Source of the DNA: a virus
Strand: one strand, 5' to 3'
DNA length: 64,000 nt
Virus record (IMG/VR): IMGVR_UViG_3300022888_000583
Shown here: in pieces, positions 1 through 12,329 of the stretch
How positions within the stretch are numbered: the first letter of the stretch is position 1
Layout of the letters: every line of letters begins with the position of its first letter
Program-made: the position numbers and the translations under genes
The notes under the pieces: model-generated
Seen by the model: the letters and a program-made list of their open reading frames with translations, nothing else
Databases searched by the model: none
What the model was told of the DNA's origin: nothing

Positions 1-119
1 TTAATTGTTTTCGGACCGCCATATTGACTTGTTTTTTCACATTTGTTTTAATTTCTTTTCGTACCACTTCTCTGATAATTGAAACTAATTCTGATTTTTT
101 CATAATATACTCCTTTGTT

Positions 120-365
120 CTATGATCATGGAAGCGGGACTGGTGTCACCGGAGTTCCTGATAAATAAATTCCTGTTCTAAATCAAACATCAATGATTGT
201 CGCCATACTGTTGGCAACTACTGATGCGGGTGCTCCACTCATTCCAATTGGAATTATTGGTGCAAATAATAATGGTGTAACTGGAGGAACATTTGGACCT
301 CCCGTTCCTGGGATTGACGACGCTACTACAGCGAATTGTAAAAATGCCGCTTGTAATAATGGCAA
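120..365 (-). CDS. Gly/Pro-rich low-complexity protein; reads through an in-frame TGA at 183-185 and ends at TAG 120-122; may extend upstream; possibly fibre-like
   Basis: Minus ORF 183..365 is closed by TGA; the same frame stays open down to TAG at 120. Gly/Pro-rich composition. Confidence 0.25.
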
Positions 366-574
366 TGCTCCAGCTGGTGGAAACTTGGGACCTATCGTTG
401 CAACAAATGCAGATTTGGCCCCAGCTAGATTACCCCCCGCGATTGGAAATAATGCCTGTTGAAAATATCCACCTAGGGCATCGGCTCAAGCTTGGGGCGT
501 AACGTCTTTCCCCGCTTCCATTGTCATCAAATCTGTTAAATTCTGTGCTAATATTGGTTGTAATAATGGCATTA

Positions 575-1687
575 TTAAAGTGTCTTATTCTGTGGACTCA
601 ACATTTGAGCCAATCTAGTTTTTATACCCGCAAACTGTGCCGCATTAACTGGAGGACCACTTGGGCCAACACCAGTTGGAACGGTTGTTTGTGTAATAGC
701 ATCTATTAATTCTTCTAGCAATCCCAACAACGCGTCTCCCAATACAATAGGTTCTGTGGCGTCATCTGATCCCAATTTTATTTCTGGTGATTCAACTACC
801 ATCTTAGTAGTGGCACCAATGACAACATTATTATTGGACAATATTCCAATATCTCCACCGTTCTTAGTATTAAATATCAACTTATCAGAATTTAGTATAA
901 TTTGTTTACCTTCATTTAGAGCTGGGATTAACGCACTTGGATACCCCTGAATAATCGTACTTTCTTCATCGGATAACATTCATATTGAAGATGCATCGGC
1001 GTCTAAATTTTCATCTATTGGTTTATGCAATACAGACTCGGTATCACTTTTTACGGAGGCCAGTCCAGCATGGTCGGCATCTAATAAATGACCAACTGAA
1101 ATTTTAATATTCGGTGATAGATTCGTTTCTAAACCATTTTTCCCAAAACGGATTCCCTGACCAAATCTGCCATTGAATAGTATGTCACCCTCATACGGTC
1201 ACAATTGTCTAATATCCGTATTTACGGTAAAAGTTTCACCAATTGAAAAATCTTCAATATCTTTGAAATTCGAGCTTATTCCGGGGATGGAATTGGCATT
1301 AACCGATGCGTTTATATTTAATTTTTGAGTATAAAATCTAGAATAGAGATAATCTGCAACAATGACATATTCACCCTTTAATGGATATTCCTTGATGTTG
1401 GTGTCGAGTGGATATATTCATTGTAATTCTTCAATATCCTTGCCACGTTCATCGTGAATAAGCCGTGCCTTTATAGAACCCATTAATGAATAATTTTTAG
1501 AACCATCTGGAAAATCGGGAATATCTGCCTCATCTAACAAAACCTCTAATACTTCAGCGACTTCCAATTCATAGAATTCACTGGAAAATTCCCTAGCTTT
1601 TTGTAATTTATAAACATCATTCAATGTAGTCATGCCCCCGCCGAATGCTGGGAGTGTGAATACTTTATTTGTTTTTCTATGTGCCAT
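575..1687 (-). CDS. Large structural-like protein (~370 aa) once TGA is read as a sense codon
   Basis: ORFs 1418..1687 and 575..979 share a frame. They are joined by in-frame TGA at 1418-1420 and 1199-1201, with no TAA or TAG between. Bounded by TAG upstream and TAA at 575. Confidence 0.5.
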
Positions 1688-2087
1688 CTACAAAATCCTT
1701 TGGTATTATCTGTTCAACGTCCTTCATTGTACTGTCGGCCTTTTTCTTCAATTTATCCAATTCATTTGACGCGTCTTCGATTAATCGTTTCTTTTCATCA
1801 TCGGATATTCCAAATTCCATTTCTGATCCGGATTTACCTTCAGCGGATATTAATTTTTGTATGATGCCAGCCAGCTTGATGAGATTTTCATCATTCTTAA
1901 CTTTGATATCAAAATATTCCTTAATGATAGGCACGATTGTAGCCGCGGACGATTTGTCCTTTATTAATTCGGCCACCTTGGCAATTAATAATTCCAGCTG
2001 CTGTTTATTCTCAGTACTATTTGTATAGATGTCCTCAAATAAACTTGACAAAGTTTTGTCTTTAAAAATTTCATATTCATTGTTCAT
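1677..2087 (-). CDS. hypothetical protein (136 aa, coiled-coil-like)
   Basis: Intact ORF with TAG stop; lies in the minus-strand gene train. Confidence 0.45.
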   Translation of the reverse strand: MNNEYEIFKDKTLSSLFEDIYTNSTENKQQLELLIAKVAELIKDKSSAATIVPIIKEYFDIKVKNDENLIKLAGIIQKLISAEGKSGSEMEFGISDDEKKRLIEDASNELDKLKKKADSTMKDVEQIIPKDFVDGT

Positions 2088-2195
2088 TTTCTGTCCTCTT
2101 AAGATGCGTATTATAACTCAGTAATAAATATAGACAAAGCAAAAAAAGGGCCTTAAATAAATAAGGCCCTCAATAATTCCAATTGTTATCAAATT

Positions 2196-3083
2196 TTACA
2201 AAAATGACCCCGTTGTAGCGGTGTCAACATATCCAGTATTATTGAATTGCTTCAATAATTTTTCATTATGTTTCTTCATTATATTGATAATGCGGGTGAT
2301 ATGCTGAGTCTTGGAACCTGTCAATTCCCTAATCAGTACATACAAATATTTCTTATTGAAATTCTCAATTTCATCACAGGTTTTCAATAAATATATTACC
2401 GAATCCGCCACTCCAATATCCTTTTTCCGCTTAAATACTACTGTTAAATTGTTTTCCCAATACTCTATAAGGTAGTTGATAAATTCGGCTTTATCTTCCT
2501 TTAGATGAACCTGCTTCTGCTCGGTAGTAACATTCCTAACAAAATCAATAACTTCAATACTGTCATGGATTTTCTTTTTAGCATAATTTCTGTTGTTGTG
2601 TAATATCAAATAGTTCTTAACCACTATACTGAAATACGAGAACGCTTTCCCTTTATGTGGTTTGTATTTGTGGATATTCATGATCAAAAATGATACCACT
2701 TCAGCCATAACATCTTCTACTGGGATGTCAAAATAATAAAATTTGAAAGTGTGAATGATATTCTCTGCCAACTTATCAAATGCTGCAGCAATTTCATTTC
2801 TATAAATAACATTCCGCTCTGAATGGGTGCGTACGTGATCATACTCGGCTTCCTTCAAGCATACATTACATACGTCGTCGATATTTACACTTTTAATTTC
2901 CTTAACCTTGGAATTAATTTGATCTTCTGTATAACCCATTTTGATTAAAATTTCGGACTTGGTATTGTACCAATCCGCTGGGTGAGAATTACAACATCTA
3001 CTTAATCTCTCATTGTACCGGACAACCGCATCTTGGGTGTCCAATGTAAAATACATGTTACTCTTTTTCTTTTTTCTTGCCAT
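2196..3083 (-). CDS. hypothetical protein (295 aa); weak resemblance to T4 gp55-type late sigma factors (the ...GKAFSYFSIVVKNYL... segment)
   Basis: Intact ORF with TAA stop and a basic N-terminus. The sigma-like call rests only on remembered motif similarity. Confidence 0.5.
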   Translation of the reverse strand: MARKKKKSNMYFTLDTQDAVVRYNERLSRCCNSHPADWYNTKSEILIKMGYTEDQINSKVKEIKSVNIDDVCNVCLKEAEYDHVRTHSERNVIYRNEIAAAFDKLAENIIHTFKFYYFDIPVEDVMAEVVSFLIMNIHKYKPHKGKAFSYFSIVVKNYLILHNNRNYAKKKIHDSIEVIDFVRNVTTEQKQVHLKEDKAEFINYLIEYWENNLTVVFKRKKDIGVADSVIYLLKTCDEIENFNKKYLYVLIRELTGSKTQHITRIINIMKKHNEKLLKQFNNTGYVDTATTGSFL

Positions 3084-3084
3084 T

Positions 3085-3426
3085 CTATTCCTCTACTAAA
3101 TCTGATAACATTTCCACCACTTCTTTAATCTCATTAAAAACAAAACCTACTTCATCATCTGCTTCAAAAACTCCGGTGGAATCAATTCGTTCCAACTCCT
3201 GTTGGACATTAATAATTTTTCCAGTAAATCCCTCGACCCACTGCTCTAAAAATAAATTCTTCTGAAATTGATTATATATGACATACCCCATTGCCATTAT
3301 TATTAATAGGACACCAAATATCGCGATGCTCCACCAACCAATTCCTAAATATACGTTTATGACTAATAAATTAACCGCTAAAAATCACACGCCCCCAACA
3401 CCAATTAATATTTCTTTTAAATTCAT
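3085..3426 (-). CDS. small membrane protein (113 aa): N-terminal TM helices, acidic C-terminus, one in-frame TGA
   Basis: ATG at 3426-3424 is in frame with ORF 3085..3297 through a TGA. Hydrophobic N-terminal half. Confidence 0.45.
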
Positions 3427-3427
3427 C

Positions 3428-4213
3428 TTATTTCTCCATTCCTTCAAAAATTTCCGTAAATGTGGCCATTGGATCAACCTTAGTCTTCGGTTTTTTCGAT
3501 TCGACCTTTGGTTTGGTCAGTGATTCTTTAATGCTATTAATAGCTTTTTTCTCTTGTTTCGTTTCCAAATTTACTACATTCATACGGGTGTCATATTCCA
3601 TGCGAGTAGCCATCCAATCTGCCCAATGGATAATAAATGGTAGATGATTTTTCATCTGCATTGCATCTGTATATGTATTGAAATATGATTTGTTCAATTC
3701 CTTAAACATTCCATCTGCCAGTCTGATGCCGTACATTTCATTATCCGTAATTTTGATATCGAATTGTTGTAATAAGAATAGTGACCTATCGGTGACATCC
3801 ATAAAATTTAGATCGGGGTTGTACTCATATCTGATACCCCGTTTGATTTGCCAATCCTGACTAACTGGTATATAATAATCGTGATTATAATCACCCAATT
3901 TTCCTAGATCGTGATGCATAGCCGCGAAGATTCTTTCTTCTTCTGTAAAGTCCGTTGTTCCACCAACATGCCGATACATCTTAGCCATTTTATCTGATAT
4001 ATCAATAATATTCAGACAATGCTTTAAATAACCACCCGGTACGGCTAAATGAAAATGATCCTTACCACTAGCAGGTGCTAGTAATAATCTATCTCCAAAA
4101 TGCTCATACATTTTAATTAAATTGTTTTTCCGTTCACCCTCAAATGTATCATCGATAACTTCCATGAATTTATCATAACATTCACCTATTTCTTCTGCTG
4201 TTAATTTAAACAT
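3428..4213 (-). CDS. HD-domain phosphohydrolase
   Basis: The H...HHDLGK motif is typical of the HD superfamily; 261 aa. Confidence 0.6.
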   Translation of the reverse strand: MFKLTAEEIGECYDKFMEVIDDTFEGERKNNLIKMYEHFGDRLLLAPASGKDHFHLAVPGGYLKHCLNIIDISDKMAKMYRHVGGTTDFTEEERIFAAMHHDLGKLGDYNHDYYIPVSQDWQIKRGIRYEYNPDLNFMDVTDRSLFLLQQFDIKITDNEMYGIRLADGMFKELNKSYFNTYTDAMQMKNHLPFIIHWADWMATRMEYDTRMNVVNLETKQEKKAINSIKESLTKPKVESKKPKTKVDPMATFTEIFEGMEK

Positions 4214-4236
4214 AACCTATTCCTTCTTTTTGTTTT

Positions 4237-4594
4237 AGTGGAGTTGGGCGGATTCGAACCGCCGTCCGCAACGTAATCTAAATAAGTCATTCACAAGCTT
4301 AGTATCCTTTTTATATTTGATGTCGGATTTGCTAAAAGGTTACAAAATAATTCCGGGGTTTATACCAACACCCGTGGTGATCCAGTTTGAATTCACTCAT
4401 ACTGTAAAAGTTATCTAATGACGACGTTGATTGCTACTATTAGAATCGTAGGTCAACGCTATAGCGCAATTAAGCTGCTACAGGGTATGCGTAATTTGTG
4501 CCAGTTATTTTCTGTTTGTTTAGTTTTTAGGACTCACTCTGTCCGCTTGCACTTATTGTCAAAAATCATCCCGTCGAATACCAATTACAACCCC
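4237..4594 (-). ncRNA. ssrA: tmRNA (SsrA), ~358 nt; tag ORF reads ...G-T-N-Y-A-Y-P-V-A-A-stop
   Basis: 5' end GGGGTTGTAATTGGTATTCGACGGGAT matches the tmRNA consensus GGGGnnGnnnnnGGnATTCGACGGG. 3' tRNA-like domain has T-arm GGCGGTTCGAATCCGCC and an acceptor stem with a G3-U70 pair. Internal reading frame ends ...TAC GCA TAC CCT GTA GCA GCT TAA. Confidence 0.75.
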
Positions 4595-4597
4595 GGG

Positions 4598-5069
4598 TTA
4601 ATCTATAAGTTTATAGCCCTTATGGCTTCGTTTCCGTTCAACGACTTGTTTATGGAAACTTTTTATATTCATGTCATGTTCACGGCATCATTTACTTAAA
4701 CCGTGAACTTCAAATATCAATCCATTTTCATCAATTAACGTATATGTTTTAGCAGTTAATTGATTTCCTTCATTGAAAGGTGTATTTCCATGTTTCCCCA
4801 AATTTCAATATCCCCTCGTCCCGACTGGAAATTTTGCATTTGTAACAGAAGAGCCTTTTCTACCACCTTCGATCATTGCTATTTCTTGACATTTATCTCC
4901 GTCAATTAGTCCCGCGAGACCTTTTCATGCTACTTCATCTTGTCACCTACCATGCTCTTCAAATAATTTCTTATGTGCTTCTGCATGATCTTCAGGCGTC
5001 AAAGTCTCTATATTTTCTGGGTCGTTTGTACCACCCGCATGTGTCGGTATCTTATGATGTTTATGCTTC
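4598..5069 (-). pseudogene. HNH homing endonuclease, apparently frameshifted (+1) and with several in-frame TGA; lies immediately 5' of the tmRNA
   Basis: Frame A gives MKHKHHKIPT. The adjacent frame gives HAGGTNDPENIETLTPEDHAEAHKKLFEEHG, a classic HNH motif. No ATG leads the HNH frame, and at least 5 in-frame TGA follow. Stop TAA at 4598-4600. Confidence 0.4.
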
Positions 5070-5113
5070 ATATATATAACTATCGTCTGATATTCTCAAA
5101 CGTCTGTATTATT

Positions 5114-5302
5114 TTAATCTTCTCTGTAATTGTCATCGGTGTCAAATCCAGCACCACCATTCGGAATATCATCCATATTGTAATCACTATACGGGTCCTC
5201 ATACTGAGCAATCAGAATATTGTGTGCTTCTTCAACTTTACCTCAATTAGAATCTTCTATTGCTTCTTCTAGCAAACTGAGAATAATATCTAATTTATCC
5301 AT
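5114..5302 (-). CDS. small acidic protein (62 aa) with one in-frame TGA
   Basis: AGGAGG Shine-Dalgarno then ATG at 5302; TAA at 5114; not in the standard-code track because of the TGA. Confidence 0.3.
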
Positions 5303-5560
5303 GTCATTTCCTCCTATAATTTGGTGACTCCTGTCATTAATTAAATAGGAAGAACTTAAATTTTTATCGCATTTATTTGTAAATACTTAAATATTTTAAG
5401 CGGTATCTTTAAATGTTTTATTGATACCCAATGCTAACAGTATCAGTTGGACTCCAATGAGCCAAAATTTTAAAGTTAGATACGCCATTGGGATGGGTAT
5501 AATTATAAGTGGCATTAGCATACATGCTATCATCCATTTGTTGTACATTTATTTTTTCCT

Positions 5561-6655
5561 TTATTTCATTAAATGGGGCTTGGCTTCAATCTGGCCCGCA
5601 CTTGTTACTCGGACAAAATCACAATTGGCCTGAAATGTTTCAATATCAATTGCCCCACAATAACTCATGGCCGATTTTAATCCCTCTACTTGTTCCTTTA
5701 AAATTCTCTTAGCGGAACCTTTAAATTGAACTCGTACACTATTTCCTTCGATGTGGCTATCCTCACCCCTGTCCAATTTAGATGACAACGATGCGGAACC
5801 TCTATATTCCTTATACAGTTGTTCATTTGGATATTTACCCTCACGTTTGAACGTGCCGGGAGTTTCTTTTGTGCCCGCCAATAATGAACCAAGTACAACC
5901 GTACTTGCCCCAGCTCCAATGGCCTTCGCCATATCACCCGGAGTAGTAATTCCACCATTTGATGAAATTGGAACGTGTCCTCCGGCCCACATGGGTTCTC
6001 CACCACCTTGAGTATATACTCTGGTCATGGATTCCACGCATTCCTGTATGGATGAAATCATAGGAATTCCAACACCCGCTCTAATACGTGTTTCACATAA
6101 TGATCCCCCACCAATTCCAACATGAATCCCGTCAGCTCCCCACGCAATCAAGTCCCTAACCGCATCGGCGGTCGCGACCGTTCCCACAAATAATTCAGTT
6201 TGAATGCTGGTTGATTTAAGAAATTTAATCATATTTTTAACACCGATGTGATGCGCGTGTGCAACATCAATCATGAGAATATCAACTCCAGCATTTATCA
6301 ATCTTAAGGCCCGCTCTTTGTCGGCATCCTTGGCACCGATTGCGGCACCAATTGGATACTTGTGAATTTCCAATTCTTCATCGGTATAATCGGCAATCAA
6401 TTGGATGGTCTTTTCGACTTCCTCAACTTGATCATCAATTGACATAAATCTATGTATGAATCCAACCCCACCCTTTTGATACATTAGAGCGGCCATTCTA
6501 GATTCACATATGGAATCCATAGCGGTCGCGATTATTGGAATATCCAATATCCAATTAGTAGTGATGTGGGTCGAAATATCACAATTAGATCGGGAATCAA
6601 CTTCCGAAAATTTCGGTATAATTGAAACATCGTCAAATGTTAAAAATTCTTTCAT
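5561..6655 (-). CDS. guaC: GMP reductase / IMP dehydrogenase-family enzyme (GuaC-like, no CBS pair)
   Basis: GIGGGSLCETR and GIPMISSIQEC resemble GuaC GIGPGSVCTTR; 364 aa. Trp is encoded only by TGG. Confidence 0.7.
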   Translation of the reverse strand: MKEFLTFDDVSIIPKFSEVDSRSNCDISTHITTNWILDIPIIATAMDSICESRMAALMYQKGGVGFIHRFMSIDDQVEEVEKTIQLIADYTDEELEIHKYPIGAAIGAKDADKERALRLINAGVDILMIDVAHAHHIGVKNMIKFLKSTSIQTELFVGTVATADAVRDLIAWGADGIHVGIGGGSLCETRIRAGVGIPMISSIQECVESMTRVYTQGGGEPMWAGGHVPISSNGGITTPGDMAKAIGAGASTVVLGSLLAGTKETPGTFKREGKYPNEQLYKEYRGSASLSSKLDRGEDSHIEGNSVRVQFKGSAKRILKEQVEGLKSAMSYCGAIDIETFQANCDFVRVTSAGQIEAKPHLMK

Positions 6656-6656
6656 T

Positions 6657-7283
6657 CTAAACGCCGTATTTCAGAATTACTTTACTTAGGATAACGTCTC
6701 CACCCTTTTCGGAAACTTCATTAACCGCGGCTTCTGAACCTTCTTGGGTTACGCCGGCCATTGCATCTAAAACCATTACTACTTTGAATCCCTCATCAAT
6801 TGCGTGTAAGGCGGTGAATTTGACACAATAATCTGTTGCCAAACCAACCACATAAACCATATCAATCAAATTGGTTCTAAGTGTATCGGCCACTTCCGTA
6901 ATACCACTTCCATCATTTTCTCTAAATGCACTGAAAGGATGTAGGTTTTTATCTTCACCTTTTGAAAGTAAAATATGAACATCACCAACATTGAAATCCT
7001 TATGAAATTCAGCACCTTTAGTACCATTAACACAATGGACAGGCCATAGCATTTCTGGAATGCTATTCATAACACCCATTGCATAATCATCTAAACCTTG
7101 ATTCTTTGCAAAACTCAATGAATCTTTTGGATGGTAATCCCCAGACGCTAAAATCAAATCAAAATCGCCTTTTTCCATTAATTCATTAATGGTAGGAACG
7201 ATTGCATTTGCACCGTTAACACCCATAGCACCACCTTCACAAAAATCATTTTGTAAATCTACAACAAATAATGCTTTTCTCAT
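6657..7283 (-). CDS. pncA: nicotinamidase (isochorismatase family, PncA-like)
   Basis: N-terminus ALFVVDLQNDFCEGGAMGV is typical of PncA; 208 aa. Confidence 0.75.
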   Translation of the reverse strand: MRKALFVVDLQNDFCEGGAMGVNGANAIVPTINELMEKGDFDLILASGDYHPKDSLSFAKNQGLDDYAMGVMNSIPEMLWPVHCVNGTKGAEFHKDFNVGDVHILLSKGEDKNLHPFSAFRENDGSGITEVADTLRTNLIDMVYVVGLATDYCVKFTALHAIDEGFKVVMVLDAMAGVTQEGSEAAVNEVSEKGGDVILSKVILKYGV

Positions 7284-7284
7284 A

Positions 7285-7797
7285 TTATTCTCCTTTACCT
7301 ATCATGTAGGCTATTACTCTTGAACTTATCTTAAATCCAATTCTTTTATAGTGATCAATTGTCGCTTCAAGTCGATCTTGTGCAACAATTAAAACTTGTA
7401 TCTGTTCACCGTCATCCAGCTTCTGAGCACTTACTTTTTCACATCCAGCCATTCTAGCGGCCCAAACTTCTTCATCTGAACCTCCCGAATTACTCATTCC
7501 CAGAGGATACATTTTGGTGACTGAAGCTTCATATCCAGTTTCTTCAAGCAATTCCCTATCGGCCGTCTCGTATGGGGTTTCCCCTTCATCTACAAGCCCA
7601 GCTGGAAATTCCAATACTTTACAATCAACTGAATGTCTGAAATTTAAAATCATTATTAGATTATCATCCATGTCCGTTGGTATCATATATACCGCTTTAC
7701 GACCTCCAACACGAGATGTGAATTCATAATCATCGTGCCCTTCAACTTCTCGGGCTCGCATTTCCATCCACTTACCACTATATAAAACTTTAGTCAT
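7285..7797 (-). CDS. NUDIX hydrolase (ADP-ribose pyrophosphatase-like)
   Basis: Nudix box GLVDEGETPYETADRELLEETGYE; overlaps the nadE stop by 8 nt. Confidence 0.75.
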   Translation of the reverse strand: MTKVLYSGKWMEMRAREVEGHDDYEFTSRVGGRKAVYMIPTDMDDNLIMILNFRHSVDCKVLEFPAGLVDEGETPYETADRELLEETGYEASVTKMYPLGMSNSGGSDEEVWAARMAGCEKVSAQKLDDGEQIQVLIVAQDRLEATIDHYKRIGFKISSRVIAYMIGKGE

Positions 7798-8608
7798 TCT
7801 GATATTCCCTTATGTATGTTGGGGGTAATGTCTTTTTGTGATTGGATGAAATTATCCGAGACATTATTAGGTTTTGCTTTTCATATGAAATGGGACAATC
7901 GGCTTTCCATTCACTAGATGGAACATCCAAAGATTTTTTATACCACCGTAAAAATGCGTCAAGTTCAACATATGTTAAACCAATCTCATCTTCATCAGTC
8001 TGACCTTCCCATAATCCGGCAGAAGGTGGTTTATTGATAATTGACTTGGGAACTCCTAATTCTCGAGCCAATTCGTATACTTCATCTTTGTAATAGTCAC
8101 CGAGTGGTTCAAAATCAACCGCTCCGTCACCCCATTTTGTGAAGTAACCAATAGCGTGTTCTGTTTTGTTGCCAGTTCCAATGACTAGATAATCCAATTC
8201 GGATGCTACACCGTAAAGAACTGTCATTCTGATTCTAGCTTGAATATTAGCTAGTGTCATCTGGTTCATTTTACCATTACCATTACTATGCATGGCCGAT
8301 GGTCTTATAGCAGATTGAAAATCCATATACATGCCTGATGCATGAATAGTTTGATGATCAACTCCCCTACTTTCATATGCGTAATGCCACATATCAGTCG
8401 AATTTCCATATTCTTCTTCAGTATTGGCCAAAATTGGGATACTTATCGCGTGGACATTTTCTTTTCCGAGTGCTCTAATGGCTAGCTCGAAAGAAACGGC
8501 GGAATCAATCCCGCCGCTCAGTCCAATAACAACCCCAGTTTTGCCAGCACCATGAACATAATCCTTAATCCATTTTTCTAAATGTCTTACTTCTTTTTTA
8601 GTATCCAT
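7790..8608 (-). CDS. nadE: NH3-dependent NAD+ synthetase
   Basis: PP-loop GLSGGIDSAV; 272 aa; preceded by an AAGAGGGG Shine-Dalgarno. Confidence 0.85.
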   Translation of the reverse strand: MDTKKEVRHLEKWIKDYVHGAGKTGVVIGLSGGIDSAVSFELAIRALGKENVHAISIPILANTEEEYGNSTDMWHYAYESRGVDHQTIHASGMYMDFQSAIRPSAMHSNGNGKMNQMTLANIQARIRMTVLYGVASELDYLVIGTGNKTEHAIGYFTKWGDGAVDFEPLGDYYKDEVYELARELGVPKSIINKPPSAGLWEGQTDEDEIGLTYVELDAFLRWYKKSLDVPSSEWKADCPISYEKQNLIMSRIISSNHKKTLPPTYIREYQND

Positions 8609-8620
8609 GTTACCCCTCTT

Positions 8621-8667
8621 TCATACCTGAAGATACAAGATTTAATTGTAAAAGTCAAGCGTTATTT

Positions 8668-8668
<1 letters not shown>
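8621..8668 (-). promoter_or_regulatory. copy 1 of the conserved promoter/leader motif (minus orientation), upstream of nadE
   Basis: Reads CATACCTGAAGATACAAGATTTAATTGTAAAAGTCAAGCGTTATTTTT. Confidence 0.55.
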
Positions 8669-10302
<1,634 letters not shown>

Positions 10303-10308
10303 TTATTT

Positions 10309-11466
10309 TTATTGTAATCCTAACGTGAATTTGCAATTTTCTATTGCTTCTTGTGAATCACTTGTGTTTTTTCCTACATTGTCTGACAATTTAACCGCGT
10401 GAATTTTTCTTGAATTCCTATCGTAAATGCCACTTAATTTTATAACCATGTTCAATGGTATTACTCCAGTATCGTTGGTAAGGTTAGTACCAATTCCAAA
10501 TGAAGTTTTGATTTTATTTCTAAAATGTTCCGTTATTTCTACGGCTTTTGGTACATTCAATCCATCTGAAAATACTATCGTTTTTGACATTGGATCGATT
10601 CCCAATGATTTGTAATGCTCGATAATCTTCTCACCAAACTCAATTGGGTCTCCACTATCGTGCCGAACTCCATCGAATAATTTAGCGAAATACATATCAA
10701 AATCCTGTAAAAATACGTCTGTTGTATATGTATCTGTTAATGCGATACCCAAGCTTCCTCGGTATGTATCACTCCATTTTTCTAAAGATTTGTATGTAGC
10801 TGACTGATATCCGTATTTTGCTCCGTGAAACATAAACCATTCGTGGGCGTGTGTTCCAATTGGAGTAATATCGAATTGTTCAGCTAAATGTACATTACTT
10901 GTACCAACCAAAACGTCATGTAAATTCTCAATAACCAATCGATGAATTTCATAAGAACGCCGGCGCCGTGTACCAAAATCAGCCACCTTGATTTCCGAAC
11001 CTTGAATCATATTCCGTTTTGTGAGAATGCTATTCATTGTTTCGGGCATGTTTGGTAGTGATGATCTTAGATATACTTCAGAAATAATAGCCATTAAAGG
11101 TACTTCCCAAAGGATAGTTCTATACCAAGGTCCCATTATTGACAGTTCCAATTCGTTATTTTCATTGGAAGTCATCGTAACTTCACTTGGATCAAATCTA
11201 TATCCACTTAAAAAATCAAGATACATTCCATCCAAGTATGGAGCCTTATCTTCTAAGAATTTCCGTTCCTTTTCAGTTAATGACAATGTTGCCATAGCAT
11301 TAATTTCACGCTGAATCTCTTCAACGTGTTCGTGGGTGAATATGTTATTCTCTGGATTTCGATTTTTAAATCGGTATTCTACTATTGTATTTGGATAGTG
11401 CTTAACAACCGCGTTCTGCATCGTGAATTTGTACATATCATCATCTAAAATAGATTTTATAATCAT
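10309..11466 (-). CDS. pncB: nicotinate phosphoribosyltransferase
   Basis: 385 aa; N-terminus ILDDDMYKFTMQNAV matches PncB LDTDAYKLHMQQAV. Confidence 0.8.
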   Translation of the reverse strand: MIIKSILDDDMYKFTMQNAVVKHYPNTIVEYRFKNRNPENNIFTHEHVEEIQREINAMATLSLTEKERKFLEDKAPYLDGMYLDFLSGYRFDPSEVTMTSNENNELELSIMGPWYRTILWEVPLMAIISEVYLRSSLPNMPETMNSILTKRNMIQGSEIKVADFGTRRRRSYEIHRLVIENLHDVLVGTSNVHLAEQFDITPIGTHAHEWFMFHGAKYGYQSATYKSLEKWSDTYRGSLGIALTDTYTTDVFLQDFDMYFAKLFDGVRHDSGDPIEFGEKIIEHYKSLGIDPMSKTIVFSDGLNVPKAVEITEHFRNKIKTSFGIGTNLTNDTGVIPLNMVIKLSGIYDRNSRKIHAVKLSDNVGKNTSDSQEAIENCKFTLGLQ

Positions 11467-11479
11467 AACCTTGTCCTTT

Positions 11480-12061
11480 TTAATCTTCTATAAATAGTTT
11501 CCAATTTCCTGAAAGTATCAAACTTTCTGCCTTTTTCCATTTTAATTCTCGTTTTTCTTCATCCCTTGTTATTGTCACCTTTTCATTTCTGCCAAACTTT
11601 CGCTCGGACTTAATTGGTTCCAACTTGACTTCCCGATCAAACATAGTAATTCCATTCAAATGGTCCAATTCGTGTTGAGCGGCGACACATTCTAACATAT
11701 CAATTTCATTTCTACTCAACGATGTAAAACATACACCTGCAGGATAATTATCAGCTGATACTTCTATTGTACTAAATCTTTTTGTTTTTGCTGATTTTCC
11801 GGGGAATGATAGGCATCCCTCATCGTAATAGATTTCCCCAGACTGATTCGTAATTTTTGGATTGATGAGATAAATAGGTTCTTTTACATTGATAACCACG
11901 ACATTCTTTTCAATTCCAATTTGGTTGGCGGCGATTGCCACCCCAGCTTCAGACGTGGATAAAACATCAAATAACTGTGCGGCAATCAGTTCACCTTCTT
12001 CAAGTGAGACATCCACACATTTATTTCTTAGAAGTTTTTCGTCTGTAATAATTTTATTCAT
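11480..12061 (-). CDS. def: peptide deformylase (the track ORF over-extends the N-terminus; likely start MNKIITDEKLL)
   Basis: Motifs GVAIAANQIG, EGCLSFPG and HELDHLNG. Confidence 0.85.
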   Translation of the reverse strand: MNKIITDEKLLRNKCVDVSLEEGELIAAQLFDVLSTSEAGVAIAANQIGIEKNVVVINVKEPIYLINPKITNQSGEIYYDEGCLSFPGKSAKTKRFSTIEVSADNYPAGVCFTSLSRNEIDMLECVAAQHELDHLNGITMFDREVKLEPIKSERKFGRNEKVTITRDEEKRELKWKKAESLILSGNWKLFIED

Positions 12062-12329
12062 CAATGAATCCCATAATTTTCTGATATTCCAGTACTTTAC
12101 CATAATAATAAATAACCATTTCTCCCAAAACATTTTCCTTGGTTGTAATGATTTTCATATAATCAGCGTGAATATCGTCGGGCACAAAGTCCAAATTGTC
12201 CATTACTCCTGGCAATGTACGGTATGCGGAAAGTACATTGGAATGCATTTTCACATACCATTCATACTTTTCAAAATCCGTTAAATCGGTTTGATCCCAA
12301 TCAGTCATTTTATTTCCAAGTCCTTCCAT
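12054..12329 (-). CDS. hypothetical protein (91 aa)
   Basis: ORF overlaps the def start by 8 nt. Confidence 0.4.
   Translation of the reverse strand: MEGLGNKMTDWDQTDLTDFEKYEWYVKMHSNVLSAYRTLPGVMDNLDFVPDDIHADYMKIITTKENVLGEMVIYYYGKVLEYQKIMGFIDE

Noticed and set aside
193-462. Plus-strand Gly-rich ORF 193..462 as the real gene at the window start
   Set aside because: All neighbouring genes are on the minus strand, and the minus frame continues through a TGA like other genes here. The call is left as a low-confidence minus-strand fragment.
2196-3083. Confident assignment of 2196..3083 as a T4 gp55-type late sigma factor that would recognise the motif
   Set aside because: It rests on a single remembered similarity patch and the protein is 100 aa longer than gp55. 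Kept as hypothetical with a note.
5698-6011. Track ORFs 5698..6006 (-) and 5751..6011 (+) inside the guaC-like gene
   Set aside because: They lie entirely within, and out of frame of or antisense to, a well-supported 364-aa enzyme gene. They are low-complexity shadow ORFs.
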